Shown piece after piece: positions 43,377 through 58,960 of a stretch of DNA of 64,000 nucleotides (positions are counted from its first letter, which is position 1; each line of letters begins with the position of its first letter). Where the stretch lies: NCBI RefSeq assembly GCF_009914755.1, contig NC_060926.1; one strand, written 5' to 3'. The notes below the pieces were generated by a model. That model saw only the letters and a list, made by a program, of their open reading frames with translations. It searched no databases and was not told the origin of the DNA. The position numbers and the translations under genes were made by a program. The stretch is from the human T2T-CHM13v2.0 reference genome, Homo sapiens.

Positions 43377-46300
43377 AGGAATTCCATGTATGAATCCTAA
43401 ACTAACTGTGTTCCTTACCTAGCTGGGTTGCTGCGTTTCCGAAAACCCATTAGCAACAAAAACACCAACAAAACCCCAAACAATCTTTATGAGTAGCTTG
43501 GAAAAAAATTTTTTAAATGCGTGAAAAAAGTAGACTTGTGATGGTGCACTTCAGATTAATTCTTTCCATTAACATTTTGAAATGTTAAGTAAATAGGTAG
43601 TGAAATGGGGATGGTGCTAGTTCTTCATCTTGTGTTAGACATCCAGGTCTAGCCATGTCTGTACTTCTCTAAATGTGACTGTGTATTCACTGAGATTGCT
43701 GCTGAGCCTACCTGAGATCATGAGGCTGCTTACTCATCAGTGAACAGCATGACCACCCTTGGTACACACTCCAGCTTCAAGCTAATGGTTCAGGCATATC
43801 TAAAATGGCCAATCTCTCCAAACACTTGGGCTGAATTCATTACTCCTGCCTCATTCCTGAAGTGCATAATCAAATTCTAAAGACCAATTGCTTGATATTC
43901 ATATTTTTTTTCCTACAGCAGGTTTTACTCAGCAAAAAACGGACAATACTACTCAATGGATAACTTAGTAGTTCAGAAGCCATGTTATGTTTTGTGCTTG
44001 TATTTTTATCTCATGAGTAAGACTGTAATTGTGAATGTTTGTATATTGTCTTCTGAGTGTTCTTTTCTCCTGATAGCCTTCCTTCTCATCTTTTCTCAGT
44101 CTGTCTCTTATGAGTCCTGAAAGTGGGAGCCCCTGGTATTCCATGTACCTGTTTTGTGAAAATGGCAGACTCTGCTACTCACTTTTCTTTATTCATAATT
44201 ATCTATCTTGGCCCAAATCCTATTTTTCTCCCATTCTAATTGAGAAATTTGGTTCTCTTCTCTCTACATTGAGTTGAAAATCCCCAGGAACCCAATAGCA
44301 GACTGGTTGTTAAGTTGATTTGGTCCCAAAAGAACCTTAACAAAATCCTCTTTCTACTCTTATGAATCGAATTCCCAAAACTCTTTTGAATAAACCATCC
44401 TGGTTTCCTCTAAGCTGATGGTTAGAGTTGGGTCATGGAGTTCAGGGTGGAAGTATTAACTCAGAAAGTCAAACTCCAGTGTTTTGGGGCCTGTGGGTGA
44501 ATCAATGCTTGAGGAATATTGTGACCATTTATTTGCCTATTCTCTTTTGTCCCTGCCCAAAACCTCAATATAGTGATATTAAATTTTATAAATGTGGCTC
44601 AAAACTTGACAACTATTATATTTGATATTGGACTGCAGCCATCCTCTCAGGGATCTCTGCCCTCATTTTTTTCCACTCTGATTACTTGCCTCCGAGTGAA
44701 GGGTTCAAGAATAAATGCATTACCAAAATGAAGGGAAACAGTCTTTGAACTTCTGAGTGGAGAACTGTAAAGTGACCAAGAATTTGATTACTAGTCAGGC
44801 TTCTAGATGGTTTATTAATGAAGCAGTGCATTCTCCACGAGGGGAAAGAAATGCCATTAATGTTATACCCTTGGCACGGAAGTTCCTATTTAAGGAAAAG
44901 TAAATGCATAGCCTGCGCCATGTCAGAAAACTAATTTTAACGTTAACAATGAGTTGAGTATTCTTATAGTTATGAGAAAATATTCCAGCCTTCATTGCCT
45001 TCCACAAATAAGTTGCTGGAAGTAAACGAGGTGTGCTATTTCAGTACCAATTTAGCAATACCTCTGCTCTATTATCAGCAACATGCACAGTTGGTTCATG
45101 GCAGAATGCAAGCCACTCTTGTCTGTGAATAAGCATCAGGCTGACTGTGCAGGATGATAATTGCTCTGCCTGCACTTCCTTTGGCACCTACTGATCTCCG
45201 CTAAGTGGTTAGTAAAACATATTTTTGAAGGAATGTCAAGCACTTCTAAAAATTTGAAGGACTTCATCTTTGATTGTTCTTTTTCTTATGTTTAAGTTTG
45301 AAGAAAGTTCACACCAAGCCATTCCACGGCTGCCATTACTCCTAGCAAATGTCTGAAATAGCAGGGTGCCAGTGTGTCTGTGCTTGGCATCTTTTAATCA
45401 GCGGTGTTTTCTTTTTCATGATACTGTGACACTGGCTGGATGTGTTGGGATATCAAGTGACGGACTTCAAATAGATGGCAAATTCACTAAAGTGAAAATG
45501 ATTGTGGTAGTTCCCTCATTTCCTCCTGCAGTGTATGCAAAACTGACTTTTAAAGTGTTTAGTGGATAATAGATCATGTAAGGTCAGTGCTAGCCATGGC
45601 AGCCATGGCTATTATTTTCCCTTTTCATGGGAGTGTGCTCAGCAAAATGAGATTGTCACACTCTTTTTTTGAGAGGACAGCGACAGACAGTTAAAAGCCT
45701 CTTCATGTAAGGATGTTATTTCATAAGGACACCAGCACTGGATTATCCCCTTCACTTTAAACTTCTGCCAGCTTGTACAAAGAGATAAAACAAAATAGCC
45801 CTGGTCCCAGGGGTGGGGAAGTGCCGGCCAGCTCAGCCTGGGTCCACAGGCTTTCATTTTGATTCGTCACATGTGAGGAAAATTCACTTAGGCTGAGAGG
45901 TAAATTTAATACCAGTTATGCCCATGCTGTTCATATCACAACCATTTTCACATGATGCCACTTAATTCCCTAAGAAGCAGAAAGGTAAATCGGTGGCTGG
46001 CCAGCAAAGGTGTCACAATGCATTAAGACCAGGACTCGCTGCAGGGGATAATGGTTCTGATTGCTGTTGACTCATGTCTCCACCAACTGCCTCATGTAAA
46101 ATAAGTGACATTTAAAAGACATCAAGATGTGAGAAGAGGTAAGGGAGAGAGAAAGAAAGAGAGAGGAGGGTAAAAAGTATGCGCCACTAAACTTGCCACC
46201 CGAATGTGCAGTTTCTTTTCCACCCTAAGTGGTAGGAAATGATAACTCGACATGCCATGGGTGACCTGCGCTAAGCCTTTAACTTCTTGTCTTGTGTTTT

Positions 46301-48853
46301 TAGAGAAAAATCTGTAAAATTGCTTCTGGGAACTGCTCCAACATGTTATCATTTATTTCCAATTTAATTTTTTTTAAACTCTTATTCTTTTGCCCTCACA
46401 TATCAGTCTATTCATCTCTTTAAAAGCTTTAGGCTGAATCAAGTTAGGCAGTGGTAGACAACAAGAGGCAGGCTACTTTCTGAAGGCCCATTTATGTCTA
46501 TTTTTATAAAGAGAATCAAATTCCAGTTTACAGTAAGCATATGCTTCAGTTGACATCTGTTTCTAAGACTTGGACGCTTTGTTTGCATAACAGTCACCAA
46601 TAAATGGCCTTGTTTTAAGTCTGCTCACTGAGTTGTATGTGGGTTGTTCAGCTGGGGATTTTAGTCGCAGCTGATCCCCTACCGCTCATAGCTGATAGGA
46701 AGGGGGAAAAGCCGAGAAGCCCAGTCCTATTTATTAATGCAGATTTTAACATTCTCAATGAACCACTTATCCAGTGTGATTCGGCAACCAAATCCTTATT
46801 TGCTCAGGCAGAGGAGGGGGTGTTCTTAAAGTGCTGAATTAAAGCTCTTACCAGCTTTTTTTTTTTTTTTGGAGGGGGAGGGGAATGGGGAAGAAGAAGC
46901 AAGAGCAAGGTCCTTTCTTTAGCCAGTCTCTGATAATTTGGAGTACAATGAGATCGAATCTTTAAACAGGACATCATAAACCAAGCTTATGTTTAATGTA
47001 TTTGTTGTAAACTAAGATGATCAGATGTTTGCAGAGCCCTAAATGTTGGCCCTTTGTGCAAAGTCTTGATGATTTTATTTAATACCACTTAAATATCAGT
47101 TTAGAGTTTGATAGAACAGGGTTATGTTTCCTTCATTCATCTGGTTTTTGTTTCATTTTAAAGCATATCTGATTCTGCATACGTGGGAAACGGACACAAT
47201 ATTAAAATATTTCAAGATATACATGTGACTGTCTTTAGAATCGTTACTGCTAATTAAAGAAGTTACTACTTGTGTTAAGCAGCTTCAAATACAAAGCTAA
47301 TCCTCGGTCTCGATAAGTCTGCCCTTTTTTCTCTGCCCCTGAAAGGCATGCCAGCAGTTAAAAATATTAAAAGTCCAAAGATGGGGTCGATGTGCCTTAG
47401 AGTGTAAACCTGATTAATAGAGGGCTTCCCTTTAATTCCCTTTTTTACATAGAAGAGATCTAACTGTAATGTATTTGAAAATATGTGTTCACTGACAAAT
47501 ACACTGAACTTTTTCCCCTGAATTATTGTATAATATTCAGTAATCGTTTATGAAATGTGTAACATTTTTCAAGGGGATTTACATATCAACTTTTCCTAGT
47601 GGAATCAACAACAGTAGCATGAAATGTATCTACTCCATTTACTCTTATCCAGTGCTCCTACTTTCTTTTTCCCTTTAATTTTTATATATGGTAAAAATTT
47701 CATTGAAGAGAGATTTTAGATGACAGGACTGTAATTTTAAACCCAATAGAAGAGGTGTAAGCAATTTGAGCTTAGCTGAAGCATAATCTTAGGTTGTCAA
47801 GAAGAAACCCATTCTCCCTATGCTAATCAATCAGTGTATCAACCAACCAATCATCTCTTCAGCTTAGCATATATCCTAAGGTTTGATATATCTATTAACT
47901 GCCCATCATGCAGCTGGTCTCTGGATGATGAGATTCCCCCTATCTTGGCATTTGGCGGCAGACGACCGAGCTATCACAGCCTCAGATAAATACCAAAGTG
48001 GAGATTTCAATCCTGTTCCTGAGTGCAGAGACAATCGAGAAACGTTGAAAATATTCTTAGAAGAGAATACGCAGAAAATTACATTTCTCAACACTGTTGT
48101 ATGTGAAAATTGTATATATTACATGATTCTCCCTCCCTAGACACAACAATGTAAAATAAAATTACTCTTTTATTATGATTGGAATGCTGGTAATCAAAAG
48201 AATTGTTGGAATCTGCTACAAACTCTTAATTGCAAGACAAATTACATGTAGACATCTGAATAAGTAAGACTAATGACCGTGTAGATGATAAATTTCCTGA
48301 AAACAAACAGAAGCCCAATTATATAAAGCAAGGCACACAATCATTATAATTCTGGAGAAGGGGGTCACTATTTCTAAAGATTTTATATTGCTTCCTGGCC
48401 TCTATTCAGAGATTCTGATATTAGGTAAGCTGCAGCTGAATGTATCTGTAGCCTCTTCCACCAGCCAGTGTATTGGAGCATGGAAAGGAGGCAGGGTTTC
48501 TATAAAACTGTTTATTGAGAAATAGAAACCAAAAAAAAAATGATTTAATTGCTAAGCATCTGTGAATATGTTGAAATTGGGATGAGTATGATTCATTTCT
48601 TCAAACACTGATATCCACCTGGAAGGTAAAATCTCTCCACAAGATGCAAACTCAAATCATGTCTTTCCCACACTATAGTTAAAGTCTCATACTCTGAAAA
48701 GAGAACCATAGTGAGGTATTAGGGGACTGAGGTTCTAGCCCAAACTCGGTCATTAACTAGCTAGCCTCTGTGTGCTAAGCAAGCCCCTGGATCCTTTAGA
48801 CCTTACTTCATAAATTGCAATGTCTCTAAAGCACCTATGAAAAACAGTAACGA

Positions 48854-49254
<401 letters not shown>

Positions 49255-51426
49255 TCATGTCACTAATGGTATGAATGTAGACTTCCACCATAGTATTTGC
49301 TCAGCCAAAATCTCTTCAATGCTGTTGGGCAGCATAAACAAATGAGAAACATATTCTAGCCTAAATACAACGTTCTGGGTTTGAAGCCATTGTTTCAATC
49401 ATTTGTTGAGGGTGGGGCCAAGGAGGAGAAATGATGGAGTTCACAATAACATGAACTCTTTACTGCTGGAGAGAGAAGGAAATCTGTTTTCTGTCCTGAG
49501 AAGTCCAGCATGAGTTCATAGAGACCGTGATGACTTCTCCGTTCTCAACAACTCAGCCTGTGCACTTTGATCTCAACTTAAGAACACTCGTGTGTCCTGG
49601 TGTGAAAGGGCTGATAACAATATAACAGCTCTAGAATTTTTGTATTTTTCCTAACAGAAGGATAATTGTGGTGTCAAGTTCAGAGCAAGAGTTCGGTTTA
49701 AATAGTGTATTTTGAAAACCTTTCTCGAGGAGTTGTGATTCTAAGAGAAAACAATTTTCTATATGGCTTAAGGTTACGAATTTTATCATAGCAAAGAGAA
49801 GGGGACAAAAAAAAAAACCTAGACAGAATCATTTTCTCTCTCTCAAGTCACTTAAAGCGTCCATTCTAGGACTCATTCCAGGCTCCTATGATTAGAGACC
49901 TGCATGTTTGTAGATATCCCCAGATAAGCCCCAGATATGAGCACCCATGACATGGTCTCTGCTGAACAAAGCAAAAGGATTGATTTAGAGAAAGATGGCC
50001 TATTGAATGTGGATTCTTCCATGTTGCTGGCCTGGAAACTGGTAAGCATGCACCTTTCAGGCCCAGGGCAGTCCTCCTCCCCAGAGGATCTATCCTGTCT
50101 ATTGGTGATAATTGTCCTGCCAGGTCTACAGATTGTGGATATAGATAAGAAAGTCAGTGAAAGTGGATTGAGTGCAATTAGAAACTTACCCACACAAGAA
50201 CTGACCTGTGATTGCATTTGTAGGTAGAATCAGGTCTGGAGTAGAGAGACAGCATTTAAAGCTCAGCAAATAGATCTTGCAAAAGAAGAGGATTCATTTT
50301 TTATTGCTGAGTTCTAGGTTTAGAACAATTCGTTGCTATTCTCCATGAATACAGCATAACTTCATGTGCATCGTGTAAACATGCCCCCGAGAAGAAAACA
50401 ATGAGGTCCCTGTCCTCAAGCAGTTTATGTTCAAAGACAACATAAAGAAAGAGATCAAATTATTTTAATGAAACCTTGAAGGTGGGATCAGCAAATTTTC
50501 TTTATCAAAGTATGATTGATTTTTGCTTTTTAAAAGAAAGGTTTGCTCTTATGTTATGAATTCTCTCAAATAGAAAAAGTGGGCACTAAAACAGACGTGA
50601 GGATGAAAGTGAAAAGAAGGAGAGAGAATGAGATGGACAGAGGGAAAACTGAGGGAATCAAGGGAGGGAGAAAGCAATGGGCAAAGTGAAGGGAGGGAGT
50701 TCTTTCAGCTTAGAATACACTGGGGCTGGAGAGTGAGTATGCACCCAAACATCAGGCACCAAGGTTTGACCACCAGTTATAGCTAGAGAGAATCTCCCCA
50801 AAGGTGTCCTTTCCAACTTGCTCTTGGAGAGACCACCATTAACCAGTACAAAGCTTATGAATCTCTGCAGGATTCTAGAAGCATTATGCTCAGCCATTAA
50901 AACAGTGCAGCAGACAAGGGAAGAAAGCAGGCACAGAGAGGAGAGGGAACATAGTGAATCCTTTATAAACACTCTAAATGGGGGGAAATAATGACCTCTG
51001 ACTTCTTTGTGGTTCTCAACTCATGCTGCCACAAGATTGGTTATAAGGTCCATATCACACTGTGATATGAAAGTATTAATTGAATAGGAGCAATCAGCAT
51101 TTCTATGTGAATAATGACTTAGAAATAATATTCTGCCCATTTCAACAATGGAACAGGAAACCAAGGCTTCACCTGGCTACACAGTTCTTTTGATGAGGTC
51201 AGATTTTTTTTTTTAACTCTGAGGTATATATATTTTGTGTCCTCTTTTAACACTTCAATCTGATACGCATTTCTTTGGAGTAACTTAAGAAGATGGAATA
51301 AAATTAAGGGAAGGCAATATATGATAGATGATAGTATTGTCCTTTAAGTTCAAATTATGACTTTCTGACAGACACCTTCATCAGCTCTCATCTGAATAGT
51401 GACTCTTCTATTAAAAGCAAAGCCTT

Positions 51427-51925
<499 letters not shown>

Positions 51926-52639
51926 TGCAACCATGTATATGGGCTTTGCCATGAACACGTTTGAATAAGAAAGCCCTCAGTGCTACATTTATGGGAGCAT
52001 TTTCTTAATCTTTCTGGAAATGAACGCTCATTGGAGTTTGATATCCTGAGAAGCTGATGACTAACCCTATGCTCATGTATACCACCAGACAGGTCACTAG
52101 CTGATCAGGCTGAAATGCTCACTTATCCAGTGTTGAGTCAGAAAGAGAGGAGAATTTAAAATTAGCTGACTTCTTGGACTGGCACCTAGCACTAAAATAA
52201 AATAATCCCTTAGCATGTTTACTAGCCAAAACATACTGTATCACATTGTAAGTTGCTTTAAAGTTTGTATTTTCTATTAAGCTTGCTGCATGGTGATCAT
52301 GTAAAAGTGTCTAATGGTTACTGTAAAATTAGAGGCTGTCCAAACGAAACTTAAAATCCTGAAACTTTCTCTCCAATGTATGATAATTCTTGGCTACACT
52401 AGTAAACAGTTTGACATGTGTTTAAACATAATTCAATTTTTTTATCAGATCGTCTTTTCTTAAAGGTATGTCTAATGAAGTGTGTGACTGTATAATAGAG
52501 GAGACAGTATTTGATTTTTAATTTTTATGTTAAATGGTTTCCACTGTTGTATGCCCATTTGAGTTTTTACAATAAAAGACAAATATAAAAATGTGTATCT
52601 ATATCACTGTGCTTACCATATTGTTTTACTGATGTTTTT

Positions 52640-52765
52640 GTGTTCATCTTTTCCCTTAATGAGTGAACTCCTTGAGAGGAGGGGCTGTGGTCTTAGTATC
52701 TCGCCCAGTGCAACATATAGTAAGGATTCAGTAAATATTTGTTTGGATGAATAAATGAATGAAAT
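52640..52765 (+). mobile_element. L2 3' terminus
   Basis: tgaactccttgagagg...cagtaaatatttgtttggatgaataaatgaatgaa. Confidence 0.7.
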
Positions 52766-53782
52766 CACATTCAAATGCATTATTTCTCCTTTGAAGGGAA
52801 CCAAATAGCTGCCAGTCAATTTGCTCCCTTCACTGCCCTTGTTTTAGGGTGGCCTCACAGTTTGGACTGGTTTTTATCATTGCTATCATTCAGCCACATA
52901 TACTAACCTTTCAAATCTGCAAAAAGTATTTAAAAGAAAGAGAAATTGTTCATGTTTCAAAACCTATTATAATGCATCTTCAAATATGTCAGACACATCT
53001 TTGTTAAAATTAAACCAGGGATTGGTTTTGAGCGAATAGCCCTATATCCTTACAGATGCTGTGGATGGATGCATCTAAGCTGCTTATTATATTGATGGGT
53101 TTTGCTGCTCTGCAGCAAATGAAAGCAGGCAGCTGCTTCCTCCATCAAAGCAAAAAGCAGCCTGAGTTTTTATTAACCGAGTGTTCATTTCTTCTATTGC
53201 CAAAATTCTTACACAAAACAAAAGAGCAGTTTTAGCACATTATTGCTTAACTAGACATGAACAACTGACAGCAAGTGATAAGCCTGTCTGCTTTTCACAA
53301 CTGGTAATCATTTTTGGAATAGATGTTTTAATATAGTTGAATATAAATTTTGTAATTTACATCTACGATGGTACGTAAATTTATAGATCCAGTTTGTTGC
53401 AGGAGAATGAAGGCTATAATCACAAAAGGCTTTTCCCAGTGTTGTTTAATTTTTAATGACTATTTGAAAACTGGGGAAGGAAAATGAAATCAAATTCATT
53501 TCCTTAACAAAAAAAAAAGGTGTTAAAGACAATCATACAAGTTGGTTGGAGACATTTGTAGATGGCCCCAACAGAGCAAGACCGCTGTGTTTACAGCCAG
53601 GACGTGCTTAGCACTACATTTCCACATTAGTTGCAGTGAGCTGCCCAAGTTAGTGCAGCAGCAGAAATTTTTGGAGAGCAGACTGTCACATTTCCTTCAT
53701 ATCAATGAATAATGATGAGTGGAGATACAGGAAGGACAGAGTCCTGGCCATTTTGCACAGCTGAGATTGTCAGCCAGCTCTC

Positions 53783-53834
53783 ATACATATATATGTGTAT
53801 ATATACACATACATATATATACATATATATATAT
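53783..53834. repeat. (TA)n/(CATA)n microsatellite
   Basis: Read directly from the sequence. Confidence 0.9.
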
Positions 53835-54576
53835 TTTAGCAATCTGAATGTCATATATTTAATTTCAGATGGCATGGCAAAGTGAGGTTTGTTTAAAGTA
53901 GGTTTAGACTAAACCCCAATGAGATGTTGCCCTACTTACCATGTAAATTTGCTGAGTAGTGTTTTACCTTTTGGAACTTGCTAATGGCAATTCCTGCTGT
54001 TAGAAGGGGAGGCAGTTCTCCTCCTTCCCCCTTCCCCACACAGAAATGATTCTTTCCTCAAGACCTAAGAGAGGAAACTTGGAATAAATGCAGTGTGATA
54101 TGCTGGGACGTGCACCTAAACAACATTGCTAAAATAAGTTATGCTGCCTAACAGCCTGATACCAGGACTGTTTAATGAATGTGTTCTGTTCTTGCATCTG
54201 GAACATGCACCTCCTAAATACTATTTACTCTCCAGGAAACCTTGCATAAATGTGTAGAGCATGCATTCCACATGGAACACATGGCTTTCAATTTGTTTGG
54301 AATTTAGCCATAGTGTTTACCTGCAAATGAGATAAAGCTGGACTCCGAGGCAGGAAAATGCTTTAGAAATCAAATTCATGAATCACAGGTAACTCCAGGG
54401 AAGAAGCTCACTTTTGCTATTTTGGTATGCCCTGTAACAAGTATGTGTCTGTGTTCGGGATGTGGCTGAACACCTAAGACAGGGAACAATAACAATTATT
54501 CCTAATACTTTATTTCCTCCACTCCATTGGCACATTGCTGCTCTTACGTGCCTTTTCAAGACATGACCCAGCACTA

Positions 54577-54748
<172 letters not shown>

Positions 54749-55589
54749 TAACACGGCACAGTTTTAAAAGGGAAAAGGGTGATCTCATCAGAATGATGGC
54801 CTGTTCATCCCACCCTGAGGACACTCAAGCACAGCAGGGCCTTGGGGGAAGGCATTACTTCCCCCACGTAAAGGAATAAAACTGACAATGAAAGTGTTCC
54901 TTTTTCTTCTTCTCTTTTTTGTTTTTCCACTGTGGGAAGGACATGTGGTGTTTCTGGGGAAATCCATGTCATGTTTTCCCTCCTGCTAGGAACTCTGTGG
55001 TCTGATTTTCTGGGTCCACCTGTCCTAGACATGCTTCTTCTCACTTTCTGACATCCTCTCTGACCAATGGAGATGGAGCATTTTCTCACATAGGCCCAGA
55101 TAGCTCACATCAGGAGATGTTCTTCTACCTGTGCTTTGAGACCTCAGGAGAATCTCTTCTGCCCTTAGGTAGTTTTGTTACACTGAGGAGAAGGAAATTC
55201 TTCTGAGGAAAAAAATACAGCAGAGAGCTGTGCTCAATATTGGAGAGGGAAAATCATACTTGAAGATGTTTTCTGTTATTAATATGCTTGATTAACTAAA
55301 TAAGCATTCACATCTAGTTTATATAGGTGTAGGGCAGTTATTTTCTGAAGCTCTGAGATTTAATTAACAAAGGTAGTTCTAATTCCATTGAAATAGACAT
55401 GTAATGAAGATTTAACTTCTAGGACCATTTCGAAACCCATCTAAAATATTTCTTGGTAGAGGTTTAAATTTGAGATTATAGTGAAAATAAAATATTTTAA
55501 CCAATCTAATTTCTTTAAAATGTCACAGGCTAGAGCCCACTGGTAATTTTATAGTTTTCATTTGGAAGTGTACACATATAATGATCTCT

Positions 55590-56520
55590 AGTCATTGGAT
55601 TTAGAGTTGGAGGAGGCCTCAGAAATCAATTCAACTCTTCCATTTTTATTCTTGAAGTGAGAGCCCAAATATGATTTGTCCAAAGTCCCCAAATTAGTTA
55701 TTGACAGAGCTATGAGAACTAGCAACTAGTTCTCTTGATTCTAGGACCAGCCATCAGGGTTGGGGCACAGAATGCAGTGATGAGAGACTGGGCTCTAGAG
55801 TTAGAGTATGTGGGCCTAAACCCTGGCTGTGCCGCTTCAGCTTACTATTCTGTTTATGCTGTATTTCACTGTGCCTTTTAGCTGGTCATAAGGATAATGC
55901 ATATCTTATAGGGGTTGTTTTAAGGATTAAATGTGATCATCCATGTAAAGTACACAGCCCAGTGTTTGCCAGGTAGTAAGTGTTCAACAAGTGATGCTGC
56001 CACTGCCAATAATAATAGCTGGGTGTGGTGGCTCACGCCTGTAATACCAGCACTTTGGGAGGCTGAGGTGGGTGGATTACCTGAGGTCAGGAGTTCGAGA
56101 CCAGACTGACTAACATGGCGAAACCCCGTCTCTACTAAAAATATAAAAATCAGCTGGGTGTGGTGGTGTGTGCCTGTAATCCCAGCTGTTCAGGAGGCTG
56201 GGGCACGAGAATCACTTGAACCCAGAAGGCAGAGGTTGCAGCGAGCCGAGATCGCCCCACTGCACTCCAGCCTGGGCAACAAAGTGAGACTCCATCTCAA
56301 AAAAAAAATAACAACAATAATAATAATACTAGCAAACACTAACTGAGCACTTACTAGCTCCTATTCTGATTAATCCCCAGTCTATAGTATGGAGTAGGTA
56401 GTATTATTACTTTCAGATAAGGAATCGGGGAAGGAGAAGTTAAATGACTTGCTGAGGTCACAAAGATATTAAGTGTGAGAGGTGCCTTCCAAGTTCATGT
56501 CTTCACGCTCTAAGCCACTG
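55590..56520. mobile_element. MIR cluster (-, +, -) around an Alu
   Basis: MIR cores tgatttgtccaaagtc, aggattaaatgtgat...gtaaagtac, ttaaatgacttgctgaggtcaca. Confidence 0.7.
56018..56310 (+). mobile_element. AluS (Sx/Sq-like)
   Basis: Dimeric Alu. Confidence 0.94.
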
Positions 56521-56989
56521 CGGTGATGGCTATGACCGCCGTGCATTTCTTTTTCTCAGCAGTGCTTCCGTATCCTCTGGTCCTGTCTCCATTTCTCATC
56601 TGTCACTCAGCTGCTTTCTCAGCATCTGCTGGAAAACTGACTATCAGCCCTACGACCAGGGCCTCGGGGAACGTTGCCTGAAGGCTGTCTTCCCCTCCCT
56701 GCTTCAGTGTCAGGACATGGCTGGGACCTTGTCCATCTTTTCTTTACCTCCTAATCGTCACGTTAATAGTCTGAGTTAAAATGGACATTTTAAATTTTAA
56801 TGCATTTTTAATCAAATCACACCCATAATAAACAGGCCATCCTATAGTCCTAGAAGAATTTATTGTTGAAATACTTGAGTAATTTTTTATGCCCCTTCAT
56901 TTCTCCTGCTTCCACATGCTCCTTATCTGCCCTTCTCTCAGCTCAGGTCAGTTGGCAATCAGATTGGACCCTTGTTTTTGTAATCTAGT

Positions 56990-58960
56990 GAGAGGCAGCA
57001 GATCCCAGAGGTTAAGAATAACAGGTCTATAATCAGATTGCCTGGGCTCAAATTCCAGCTCTGTGACCCAGTATCTGCATGACTGGGGAGAAGGTTTCCA
57101 AACCTCCCTGTGCCTTGATTTCCTCCTCTGCCTCATAGTCCCTGGGCAGCATCAACGTTCCATAAATTATAGAGTGTCACAGGGCAGGCCTCCACCTGCC
57201 CACCTGCCCACCATTCTGGAATATTCAGACATTCTCTCCTACTCAGATGTTCTTTGTGACCTGGCTCCACAAATATAGGGAGGCCTGCACTTAATCATAT
57301 ATTGTACAGAGTGAGTCTGCTAATGGGTCAAAGCGGGAGGACAAGTATAGAACATGTATTGTCCATATACATGTAATGATTGTTTTGGATCCATTTTCAA
57401 AGCTCCCGTAACAAGGGCACATTTATCCAAAGTTCAGTTTGTTTTGATTTTGTGGGTTATCAATGAGGAATAATAATATCCCTGAAAGTACCATAAAAAT
57501 GTAATTCAGGTTGATAAAATTCCCTGAATAGAAACTTGTCACAACAGTAATAGCAGCAGCATCATTTCTGTTTTTAATAGTAAAAAAAAAAAATTACTCT
57601 ATGTTAGGCACACTTCTGAATGTCTTACATGCATTATCTCATTTAATCCCCACAGCACCCCATGAGAAGGTACTTTTATTGCTTGTACTTAACAAATGAG
57701 AGAAGTGAGGCATTACCCAACAATCTGGCCAAAGTAGCCACCTGTCCCACTCCCATAATTATTCTCTATTTCGTTAACATGTTTTATTTCCTTCACAGCA
57801 CTATTCACTGTCTGAAATGATCTTACTTGTGTCTATTTTCCCTATGAAAGTTATTTAGGCAAAGGCCTTGTTTTAATCACTGCTGTATCCTCAGCTTCTA
57901 GAACAGGCCTGGCTGCCTTGATAATTGTATGTTGCATGAATAAATGAGGCTTAAAAAGTTTAAATACCTTGCCCAAGATCACAGAACCATAAGAGCCAGT
58001 ATTCAAGCTGCACTGTAACTCAGGAAGATGAGAGCTGGCTTTCTGCTGTAGCTTTTTATAGTTGAAGACCCCCCAGACATAATCTAACCCAAGGCTATCA
58101 TTTTGCAGATGAGGTTACTGAAGCTCAGAAAGGATAAATTACTTTCTAATATCTTACAGTTTGTTAGTGGCAGAGCCAGAATCAGACCCCAGATCCCTAG
58201 GTAGTGTTTTTTTGCACCATGAATTCAGCCTCCTCATTTCATATAAAATTGAAGGAAAATCCTATATGCGTCTGCTGTACATCATCCGCCCACTTATTCA
58301 TGCCATAAACCTAAGTCATACTTGACACTTCCCTCTCCGTTACCACCCCCTTCATCTAATTAACTAGTAAGTCTTGTCAGTGTACCTTCTAAATATATCT
58401 CAAATCTTTCCACTTTTCTTCATCTCTGCTAACCATCACCCAAGCCACCACCAGCTCTCATCTGGATATTAGTAGTAGCCTCCTGCCTAGTTTCTCCCTG
58501 CCTCCTCTTGCCCCGTTTCATCTAATTTCTTAGAGTAGCCAGAATTATCTTCTAAACAGTATTATAAATCTGGTCATACCACGATGCTGCCTAAAACGTA
58601 TCATTTATTCTCAGGTGTGACTTAAAATTCTTAACATGGCCTCTGGGCCTGAGGGGTCTGGCCCCTCACCACCCCTCCTCCAGTCTTATCTTGTATTACT
58701 CTCTTCCTTTCTCATTTATTCTAGAGTTCCACTGACCTTATTTCCATTCCTACAACATTAAGCCCTCTTGTTAAGACTTTGTTTCATGGAGCTCCCCTTC
58801 TGTGGACCACTTCTTCCACTTTGTCCTCCTCTTCCTTCTTTATTGTGTTCTTCCCCCTCTGGGTCTCAAACTAGACTGAAGCCCCAGTGACCATGCTATC
58901 TCCATCCCTGTTGATCCACAGGACCCGAAACATTGTAGATGCCCAATAAATATTTGAGGA
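56990..58960. mobile_element. MIR and L2 relic cluster
   Basis: MIR cores at ~57010-57130, 57600-57715/57945-58010 and 58080-58200; L2 (+) at ~57720-57945 and 58270-58960. Confidence 0.7.

Noticed and set aside
53712-53765. ATGATGA...CTGA box C/D-like pair (also 37368-37396)
   Set aside because: Too short for a snoRNA, with no terminal stem or recognisable rRNA guide.
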